Made by a program: the position numbers and the translations under genes. 24,000 bases of DNA from Solirubrobacter deserti (GTDB lineage: Bacteria; Actinomycetota; Thermoleophilia; Solirubrobacterales; Solirubrobacteraceae), in the NCBI RefSeq assembly GCF_027587175.1, contig NZ_JAPCID010000029.1:46597-70596 (forward strand), given 5' to 3'. Of this stretch, positions 6,738-13,014 are shown piece after piece (the stretch's first letter is position 1; every line of letters starts with the position of its first letter). The notes under the pieces are model-generated. The model was given only the letters and a program-made list of their open reading frames with translations. It had not been told where the DNA came from and did no database searches.

Positions 6738-6766
6738 CTCAAGTCGTCCAGCTCCGAAGCCGATCT
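6738..6766 (+). promoter_or_regulatory. Sigma-28-type promoter upstream of flgG: CTCAAG-N15-GCCGATCT
   Basis: CTCAAG (6738-6743, immediately after the flgF TAG), 15-nt spacer, GCCGATCT (6759-6766). The flgG ATG follows 8 nt later with no SD. Confidence 0.55.
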
Positions 6767-6774
6767 AGATATCA

Positions 6775-7515
6775 ATGCTCGAAGGACTCCGAACCGCCGC
6801 GGCGGGCATGAAGGCGCAGCAGTTCAAGCTCGACGCCGTCTCCAACGACCTGGCCAACGCCAACACGACCGGGTACAAGCGTCTGCGCGTCGGGTTCTCG
6901 GACCTGCTGTACGAGCAGGGCGGGCGCCCCACGATCTCCAACGAGGCGCAGCTCGGCACGGGCTCGCGCGCCGTCCAGGGCGGGCGCACCTTCGAGCAGG
7001 GCAACCTGCAGCGCACCGAGAAGCCGACCGACGTCGCGCTCCAGGGACCGGGCTTCATGAAGGTCAAGCTGTCCGACGGCCGTGACGCGCTCACCCGCGA
7101 CGGCAACTTCCAGATCGACGCCAACCGCCGGCTCGTGACCTCCTCCGGCGGCTTCGTGACGCCGACGATCACGATCCCCGAGGGCGTCGACGAGTCCGAG
7201 ATCTCGATCGGCCGCGACGGCCAGGTGCTCGCCAAGGGCCAGGCCGTCGGCCGCATCCAGCTCGTCAACGTGCGCTCGCCGCAGAACCTCGAGTCCGTCG
7301 GCGAGAACGCCTTCGTGACCACCGCGCGCTCGGGCAACGCCGTCGCCGCGCCGGCGACCACCGTGCTCGAGCAGGGCGCGCTCGAGGGCTCGAACACGGA
7401 CATGGCGCAGGCCATGACCGACATGATCGAGGCCCAGCGCACCTACCAGCTGACGTCGAAGGCGATCCAGACCGCCGACCAGATGATGGAAGTCGCGAAC
7501 GGGGTCAAGCGATGA
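6775..7515 (+). CDS. flgG: Flagellar basal-body distal rod protein FlgG
   Basis: 246 aa. MLEGLRTAAAGMKAQQFKLDAVSNDLANANTTGYK, with C-terminal LEGSNTDMAQAMTDMIEAQRTYQLTSKAIQTADQMM. Canonical FlgG termini. Confidence 0.9.
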   Translation: MLEGLRTAAAGMKAQQFKLDAVSNDLANANTTGYKRLRVGFSDLLYEQGGRPTISNEAQLGTGSRAVQGGRTFEQGNLQRTEKPTDVALQGPGFMKVKLSDGRDALTRDGNFQIDANRRLVTSSGGFVTPTITIPEGVDESEISIGRDGQVLAKGQAVGRIQLVNVRSPQNLESVGENAFVTTARSGNAVAAPATTVLEQGALEGSNTDMAQAMTDMIEAQRTYQLTSKAIQTADQMMEVANGVKR

Positions 7516-7775
7516 GCACGATCGGCTCGTCGATCCCGACGTACTCGCTGCCCGCCGACATCCGCGCGGCCGGCACCGACGCCGTCAAGGACTACAAGGC
7601 CGCCGTCGGGTTCGAGCAGATGCTCGCCGGGCAGCTGATGAAGAGCATGGTGAGCGAGAGCTCGCTCGGTGAGGGCCCGTACGCCTCGACCATGCAGGAC
7701 ACGCTGACCACGGCGCTGACCAGCGGTCAGGGTCTGGGCCTCGCACGCCAGATCTACAAGGAGATGCAGTCGTGA
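7512..7775 (+). CDS. flgJ: Rod-binding protein (FlgJ N-terminal domain only; no peptidoglycan hydrolase domain)
   Basis: 87 aa. KDYKAAVGFEQMLAGQLMKSMVSES...GPYASTMQDTLTTALTSGQGLGLARQIYKEM fits the rod-binding domain pattern (FE..fl..mlk.M......g....y..m......a......G.GLa..i). ATGA overlap with flgG. Confidence 0.75.
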   Translation: MSTIGSSIPTYSLPADIRAAGTDAVKDYKAAVGFEQMLAGQLMKSMVSESSLGEGPYASTMQDTLTTALTSGQGLGLARQIYKEMQS

Positions 7776-8281
7776 GCACGGTTCTCGAGGCCGAGCTGCT
7801 CGTCCACCTGGACCAGCAGATCCACTCCGCCCGCCAGCTGCTCAAGCTCGTGCTCGCGCAGGGCTCGGCCATCCGCGAGCGCGACACCGACGCGGTGCTT
7901 GCCCGCCTGGCCGACATCCAGGCCGAGATGGTGCGCCGCGGCGTGCTCGAGCAGGAGCGCACCAGCCTGCTGCAGCGCGCCGGTTCGGCGCTCGGCATGC
8001 CGGCCACCAACGTCACGCTCGAGCGCCTGTGCAGCCTGATCACCCCGGCGGCCGCGACCGCCGCGATGGAACGCTCCGCCGAGCTGCGCGGCCTGCTCGC
8101 CGAGATTGCCCGCGAGCACGGCATCAACCGTGCCCTCATGCGCCAGGAGCTGACGTTTCTGTCGCACCTGACCCGGCTCATCGGCCAGGAGGCCGAGCCG
8201 GGCTACAGCCCGCCCAACGGTGCGCGCCCCGCCGCCTCCCCGGCGCCGACCGCCTACCGCGCCCTCGACCTGCAGGCCTGA
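7772..8281 (+). CDS. flgN: FlgN-family flagellar export chaperone (for FlgK/FlgL)
   Basis: 169 aa, helical. The pattern LEAELLVHLDQQIHSARQLLKLVLAQGSAIRERDTDAVLARLADIQAEM...INRALMRQELTFLSHL is typical of FlgN. GTGA overlap with the flgJ-like gene, AAGGAG 8 nt upstream, directly precedes flgK. Confidence 0.7.
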   Translation: MSTVLEAELLVHLDQQIHSARQLLKLVLAQGSAIRERDTDAVLARLADIQAEMVRRGVLEQERTSLLQRAGSALGMPATNVTLERLCSLITPAAATAAMERSAELRGLLAEIAREHGINRALMRQELTFLSHLTRLIGQEAEPGYSPPNGARPAASPAPTAYRALDLQA

Positions 8282-8297
8282 CCCCACCTGAACGCTG

Positions 8298-9650
8298 ATG
8301 CCCGTCTCCTCCTTCTTCGGCATGCAGACCTCCCTGAAGGGCCTGTTGGCCCATCAGCGCATGCTCGACACCACCGGCCACAACATCGCGAACGCCTCCA
8401 CTCAGGGCTACTCGCGCCAGGAAGCGATGCTGCAGGCCTCGCCGGCGCTGCGCCTGACCTTGAGCAACGGCATCAACACCACGGGCGCGCAGCTCGGCTC
8501 GGGTGTCGACGTCACCGGCTTCCGGCGCGTGCGCGACCAGTTCCTGGACTCCCAGTACCGCGCGCAGAACACCAACCTCAACGAGTGGTCGGCGAAGGCC
8601 GAGGCGCTCGACAGCGCCGAGCTCTCCCTGGCCGAGCCGGGTGAGAACGGCATCAACGCGCAGCTCGCCAAGGTCTGGAACGCCTGGTCGGACTTCTCCA
8701 AGCACCCGACGACGCCGTCCGCCAAGCAGGCGCTCGTGCAGACCTCGCAGGGCCTGACCGACTCGATCCACTCCGTGCGCTCCCAGATGGTGGCCGCGCA
8801 GGAGATGGCTCAGGGCCAGTACCAGGACATCGTCGGAGAGGGTGGCCAGGTCGACAAGATCGCGACGGAGATCGCCGACCTCAACAAGACGATCGCGCAG
8901 TTCATGTCGATCGGGGAGCCCCCCAACGACCTGATGGACCGCCGCGACGTGCTCGTCGACCAGCTCTCCAACTACGGCCAGGTGTCAGTCGAGGCGCTCG
9001 AGGGCGGCTCCATGAACGTCTCGTTCGTGGACCGCACCAACGGCACCGCCTACCCGATCGTGACCGATCAGACCGCGACCTGGGACGGCCCGCCGATCGG
9101 CGACTGGAACCCCGGCGGCGAGATGGGCGGCCTGCTGGCCGTCGGCAAGTCGCCGGGCGGCACGATCGACGGCTACCTGGCCCAGATCGACACGATCACG
9201 CAGTCGCTCGCGAGCGCGGTCAACGGCATCTACGGCGGCGAGTTCTTCACCGTCGGCACGCCGGCCGGCGCCACGATCAAGGTCGCCGACGCGATCGTCG
9301 CCGACCCGAACTCCGTCATCGCGGGCTCGGGCACCGGCGCGTCCTCGAACGACATCGCGCTGCAGATCTCCCAGCTGCGTGGCAACGCGTCGATCGACGG
9401 CGCCTACAAGTCCTTCGTCGCCAAGGTCGGCGGCGACCTGAGCGAGGCCCAGCGCCTGCAGGGCAACGCGCAGATCCTCACCGACTCCGTCGAGAACCGC
9501 CGCCAGAGCGTGCAGGGCGTCTCGATGGACGAGGAGATGTCGAACCTGGTCCGCTTCCAGCGCGCCTATCAGGCCTCGGCGCGCGCCATGTCCACGATGG
9601 ACGAGATGCTCGACGTCCTGATCAATCGCACCGGAAAGGTTGGCCTCTGA
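8298..9650 (+). CDS. flgK: Flagellar hook-associated protein 1 FlgK
   Basis: 450 aa. N-terminus SSFFGMQTSLKGLLAHQRMLDTTGHNIANASTQGYSRQ and C-terminus GVSMDEEMSNLVRFQRAYQASARAMSTMDEMLDVLINR. Hallmark FlgK termini. Confidence 0.92.
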   Translation: MPVSSFFGMQTSLKGLLAHQRMLDTTGHNIANASTQGYSRQEAMLQASPALRLTLSNGINTTGAQLGSGVDVTGFRRVRDQFLDSQYRAQNTNLNEWSAKAEALDSAELSLAEPGENGINAQLAKVWNAWSDFSKHPTTPSAKQALVQTSQGLTDSIHSVRSQMVAAQEMAQGQYQDIVGEGGQVDKIATEIADLNKTIAQFMSIGEPPNDLMDRRDVLVDQLSNYGQVSVEALEGGSMNVSFVDRTNGTAYPIVTDQTATWDGPPIGDWNPGGEMGGLLAVGKSPGGTIDGYLAQIDTITQSLASAVNGIYGGEFFTVGTPAGATIKVADAIVADPNSVIAGSGTGASSNDIALQISQLRGNASIDGAYKSFVAKVGGDLSEAQRLQGNAQILTDSVENRRQSVQGVSMDEEMSNLVRFQRAYQASARAMSTMDEMLDVLINRTGKVGL

Positions 9651-10564
9651 TGCGCATCACGACCTCGATGATCCAGCGCAACGTCCTCAGTGATCTGAAC
9701 CTGCTGTCGGAGAAGATGGCGAGAACGCAGTCCAAGGCCTCCTCCGGCAAGGAGATCACGCGCCCGTCGGACGACCCGTTCAACACGGCCCGCGCGATGG
9801 GCCTGCGCCAGACGATGGCGGCCAACGACCAGTACAAGGCCAACATCTCCGACGCCCAGGGCTGGCAGGACGCGACCGAGTCCGCGCTCGACGAGCTCGA
9901 CACGTTCGTCGACCGGGCCAACGTCCTCGTGCTGCAGGGCTCCACCGACACGGCCGACGCCGAGTCCCGCAAGGCGCTCGCGCAGGAGATCGACCAGATC
10001 ATCCAGGGCGTCAAGCAGTCCGCCAACACGACCTTCGGCGACAGCTACCTGATGGCCGGCACGGCCACCAACACGCCGCCGTACAAGCTCGGCGACGACG
10101 ACACCTACCAGGGTGACGACGCCGGCCTGGACCCCAGCCTCCCGGGCGTCGTGCGCGAGATCGGGCCGGGCGTGACGATGTCCATCAACGTCGTCGGCCG
10201 CGAGCTCCTCGGCGACGGCGGCAACGACGGCAAGCTGCTGAGCGTCCTGCGCAACATCTCGACGCACCTGAAGAACAACGACAGCGCCGCGTTGCAGGGC
10301 ACCGACACGACCGCGCTGAAGGCGAACCTGGACTCGATCCTCAACGTGCGCGCGCGCAACGGCGCGATGACGAACCGCCTCGACTCCGCGGCGATCCGCA
10401 TCGATCAGATCCAGGGCGCCGTCAACGAGCAGCTGACCAACACCGAGGCCGCCGACTTCGCCAAGACGATGATCGAGTTCTCGCAGCAGTCCGCCGCCTA
10501 CCAGGCCTCGCTGCGCGCCGGCGCGAACATCGTGCAGTCCTCGCTAATGGACTTCCTCCGTTAG
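9650..10564 (+). CDS. flgL: Flagellar hook-associated protein 3 FlgL (hook-filament junction)
   Basis: 304 aa. MRITTSMIQRNVLSDLN...SSGKEITRPSDDP (flagellin-N-like), with C-terminal TEAADFAKTMIEFSQQSAAYQASLRAGANIVQSSLMDFL. TGATG overlap with flgK. Confidence 0.9.
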   Translation: MRITTSMIQRNVLSDLNLLSEKMARTQSKASSGKEITRPSDDPFNTARAMGLRQTMAANDQYKANISDAQGWQDATESALDELDTFVDRANVLVLQGSTDTADAESRKALAQEIDQIIQGVKQSANTTFGDSYLMAGTATNTPPYKLGDDDTYQGDDAGLDPSLPGVVREIGPGVTMSINVVGRELLGDGGNDGKLLSVLRNISTHLKNNDSAALQGTDTTALKANLDSILNVRARNGAMTNRLDSAAIRIDQIQGAVNEQLTNTEAADFAKTMIEFSQQSAAYQASLRAGANIVQSSLMDFLR

Positions 10565-10572
10565 GCCGATAG
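10544..10572 (+). promoter_or_regulatory. Sigma-28-type promoter upstream of fliW-csrA: CTAATG-N15-GCCGATAG
   Basis: CTAATG (10544-10549, inside the flgL 3' end), 15-nt spacer, GCCGATAG (10565-10572, just after the flgL TAG). Confidence 0.5.
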
Positions 10573-10615
10573 GTCCTTAGATCCGTTCCCTCCCTCCAGG
10601 AACCCCCTCTTACAC

Positions 10616-11053
10616 ATGTCCGCCATCACCTTTGAGTCCTCCCGCTTCGGCACCGTCGAGATCGCGGCTGAGGACGTCATCGAGTTCCCGACCGGGCTGA
10701 TCGGCCTGTCGGGTTCCCGCTACGCGCTGATCGCCCCGTCCGAAGACGGCGCCTTCGCCTGGTTGCACTCGATCGACGACGCGGCGCTCGCGCTGCCCGT
10801 CGCCAACCCGTGGCACTTCTTCGGCGACTTCGAGGTCGAGCTGTCCGACAAGGCGTCCGAGCCGATCACGGCCGACCCGTCCGACGTCGCCGTCTGGGTG
10901 ACCGTCCGCGCCGGCACCGAGTTGAGCGACTTCTACGCCAACCTGCGCGCGCCGATCCTCATCGCCGAGGGCAAGGGCCACCAGATCATCAACGAGGCCG
11001 CCGACGCTCCCGTCCGCGCCCCGCTGTTCCCGGCAGTAGCCGTCGCCGCGTAG
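10616..11053 (+). CDS. fliW: Flagellar assembly factor FliW (CsrA antagonist)
   Basis: 145 aa. FGTVEIAAEDVIEFPTGLIGLSGSRYALI...LPVANPWHFFGDFEVELSD...ANLRAPILI...GHQIIN matches FliW family motifs. Directly upstream of csrA. Confidence 0.88.
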   Translation: MSAITFESSRFGTVEIAAEDVIEFPTGLIGLSGSRYALIAPSEDGAFAWLHSIDDAALALPVANPWHFFGDFEVELSDKASEPITADPSDVAVWVTVRAGTELSDFYANLRAPILIAEGKGHQIINEAADAPVRAPLFPAVAVAA

Positions 11054-11097
11054 CCACCGTTTATCTACAACCCCCCAGCTGGATCCAAGGAGGAACC

Positions 11098-11316
11098 ATG
11101 CTGCTCATCACCCGCCGTGTCGGCGAGAAGATCATGGTCGGCGACGATGTCGTCGTGCACGTGATGGAGATCGTCGGAAACACCGTGCGCGTGGGCATCC
11201 AGGCGCCACGCAGCACGCCGGTCTACCGCGAGGAGATCTGGCACGCCGTCCGCGAGGAGAACCGCGCCGCGGCCGACGCCGCGCCGGTCGAGCTCCCCTC
11301 GCCCACAAAGGCATAG
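11098..11316 (+). CDS. csrA: Carbon storage / translational regulator CsrA (FliW-partnered flagellar type with C-terminal extension)
   Basis: 72 aa from ATG 11098: MLLITRRVGEKIMVGDDVVVHVMEIVGNTVRVGIQAPRSTPVYREEIW. Near-canonical CsrA core. Strong AAGGAGGA SD ends 4 nt (ACC) before the ATG. Confidence 0.93.
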   Translation: MLLITRRVGEKIMVGDDVVVHVMEIVGNTVRVGIQAPRSTPVYREEIWHAVREENRAAADAAPVELPSPTKA

Positions 11317-11336
11317 CCCGCAGCGCGCAACGGGTA

Positions 11337-11365
11337 CGGTCTTGGCATGGACTTTGCCAAGACCG
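11337..11365 (+). promoter_or_regulatory. Perfect 11-bp stem / 7-nt loop hairpin containing the ORF225 start codon, with GGA in the loop (CsrA-site-like; alternatively a csrA terminator)
   Basis: CGGTCTTGGCA-TGGACTT-TGCCAAGACCG. The A of the ATG (11347) is the last stem base and UGGACUU is the loop. Located 21 nt after the csrA stop codon. Confidence 0.5.
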
Positions 11366-12024
11366 CCCGCAATCTCGCGATTGCCGACATCGTCCTCGCC
11401 TTCGCGCGTGACCGCGTGGCGACGATGATCCCGGGCGTCGAGCCGCGCAAGAAGCGGCGTCCGGGCGCCAAGACCCTGTTGCTCGGCGGCGGCGCGGCCG
11501 CCGCCGTGGCGGCCCTGTTCTTCAAGCGCGAAGCCGTCAAGGGCCTGATGCCCGGCGGCAGCGACTCCACCCCCGCGCCGGAGCAGCCCGGCGGCTACAC
11601 GCCGCCGCCCGTGTCGAACTACGACGCGCCCGGTCCGGTGGCGAACACCGCGACCGCCGTGCCCGTCCCGCCCGCCCACGAGTCGCCGGCGATCGACGAG
11701 GCCGCCGAGGAGGCCGCCGCCGCGGCCGAGGCCGCCAACATCGGCGGCACCGTCTCCGACTATGCCGGCCCGGAGCTCGGCGAGGTCGCCGACGAGGCCG
11801 AGCGTCCGGTCGCCGAGTCCGGCGAGGGCGAGGCCGAGGGCCAGGAGCAGACCGAGGACGAGCTGCGCTCCGCGGCCGAGTCCACCGAGGGCGTGAGCCC
11901 GGAGCAGCACCAGATCGAGGACGCCATCGAGGCGGCCTCCAACCCGCCCGAGGAGGTCGAGCCGGTCAAGCCCGCCGACGACTCGGAGTGGAACACGTGG
12001 TCCGGGAGGTCCGTGAACCCGTAG
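11347..12024 (+). CDS. Hypothetical protein: N-terminal helix, basic patch, one hydrophobic segment, then a long Pro-rich and highly acidic low-complexity tail
   Basis: 225 aa with strong GC3 codon bias in this frame. MDFAKTARNLAIADIVLAFARDRV..RKKRRPGAKTLLLGGGAAAAVAALFF, then a P/A/E/D-rich region ending DDSEWNTWSGRSVNP. I recognise no family. Confidence 0.55.
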   Translation: MDFAKTARNLAIADIVLAFARDRVATMIPGVEPRKKRRPGAKTLLLGGGAAAAVAALFFKREAVKGLMPGGSDSTPAPEQPGGYTPPPVSNYDAPGPVANTATAVPVPPAHESPAIDEAAEEAAAAAEAANIGGTVSDYAGPELGEVADEAERPVAESGEGEAEGQEQTEDELRSAAESTEGVSPEQHQIEDAIEAASNPPEEVEPVKPADDSEWNTWSGRSVNP

Positions 12025-12031
12025 ACGCCCT

Positions 12032-12973
12032 GTGCGTCGCCTCGGTTTCGCGGTCAAGGTTCTCGGTGAAGGCGGGCTGCCGAGCCACGACGCGCGGCGC
12101 TGGCAGTCCGGCCCTCACCTCAAGCAGTCGCTCGAGTACCTCGCCGAGGTGCTCGAGTACCTGGGGCGCCACGAGATCCGGATGTACCGGATGACGTCCG
12201 ACCTGGCGCCCTACGCGACGCATCCCGACCTGCCGCAGTTCCACTCGCAGGTCGAGGAGAGCGCGGAGGAGCTCGCACGGGTCGGCGCGCGCGCCCGCGA
12301 GCTGGACATCCGGCTCTCCTCGCATCCGGGCCAGTACATCGTCCTGAACTCCGAGAACGAGAAGGTCGTCGCGGGCGCGATCCGCGACCTCGAGGTGCAG
12401 GCCGCGCTGCTGGACGCGATGGGCTGCGGGCCCGAAGCGGTCGTCGTGCTGCACGTCGGCAGCGCGCAGGGCGACGGGCTCGGCCGTTTCGAGGCCGGCT
12501 TCGCGCGGCTCTCCGAGCGCGCGCAGGCGCGGCTCGTGATCGAGAACGACGACCGCACGTTCGGCCTCAACGACGTGCTGGAGCTGCATCGCCGCACCGG
12601 CGCGCGCGTCGTCTGGGACATCCTGCACCACCACTGCAACGACCCGGACGGCATCCCGGACCGCGAGGCGCTCGAGCTCGCGCTCGCGACCTGGCCGGCC
12701 GGCGTGACGCCCAAGATCCACTACTCGACGCCGAAGACGTCGATGGAGGAGCGCAAGAAGAAGGTCGGGCGCAGGACGGTGACCGAGTGGGTGCTGCCGC
12801 AGCTGCGCGCGCACGCGGACATGATCGACCCGATCGCGTTCGCCCACTTCCTGACCGAGACGGCGGCCGGCCTCGAGTTCGACGTGATGCTCGAGGCCAA
12901 GGGCAAGGACCTCGCGCTTTTACGTCTGCGTGAGCAAATCGAGCGGGAGATGCAAAAGCAGCACCGAACTTAA
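12032..12973 (+). CDS. uvsE: UV damage endonuclease UvsE/UVDE
   Basis: 313 aa from GTG 12032. LGFAVKVLG...YLAEVLEYLGRHEIRMYRMTSDLAPYATHPD...RLSSHPGQYIVLNS...VVLHVGS...LVIENDDRTF...VVWDILHHHCN...PKIHYSTPK...HADMI are the conserved UvdE TIM-barrel motifs. Confidence 0.88.
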   Translation: MRRLGFAVKVLGEGGLPSHDARRWQSGPHLKQSLEYLAEVLEYLGRHEIRMYRMTSDLAPYATHPDLPQFHSQVEESAEELARVGARARELDIRLSSHPGQYIVLNSENEKVVAGAIRDLEVQAALLDAMGCGPEAVVVLHVGSAQGDGLGRFEAGFARLSERAQARLVIENDDRTFGLNDVLELHRRTGARVVWDILHHHCNDPDGIPDREALELALATWPAGVTPKIHYSTPKTSMEERKKKVGRRTVTEWVLPQLRAHADMIDPIAFAHFLTETAAGLEFDVMLEAKGKDLALLRLREQIEREMQKQHRT

Positions 12974-13014
12974 CCCGAGCTCTTGCCCGGATCGGCCACA
13001 ATACGACTCATTCC

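Noticed and set aside
7512-7775. The 87-aa protein upstream of flgN was considered as the missing anti-sigma factor FlgM, which occupies that position in Bacillus.
   Set aside because: The sequence fits the rod-binding (FlgJ N-terminal) pattern FEQML..QLMKSM...GLGLA and lacks the FlgM C-terminal sigma-28-binding helices (..kV..ik.aI..G.Y.vd..).
11065-12057. 330-aa minus-strand ORF antisense to csrA and the acidic ORF225.
   Set aside because: Gly/Arg/Leu/Asp low-complexity mirror image of the acidic plus-strand ORF. It also overlaps the unmistakable csrA coding sequence, and GC3 bias favours the plus frame.
12989-12996. GCCGATCC on the minus strand in the uvsE-kinase intergenic region, considered as another sigma-28 -10 element.
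   Set aside because: No TAAA/CT(A/C)AAG-like -35 at the required 14-15 nt spacing (CATGGA instead). It would fire antisense into uvsE, so it is most likely a chance hexamer in GC-rich DNA.
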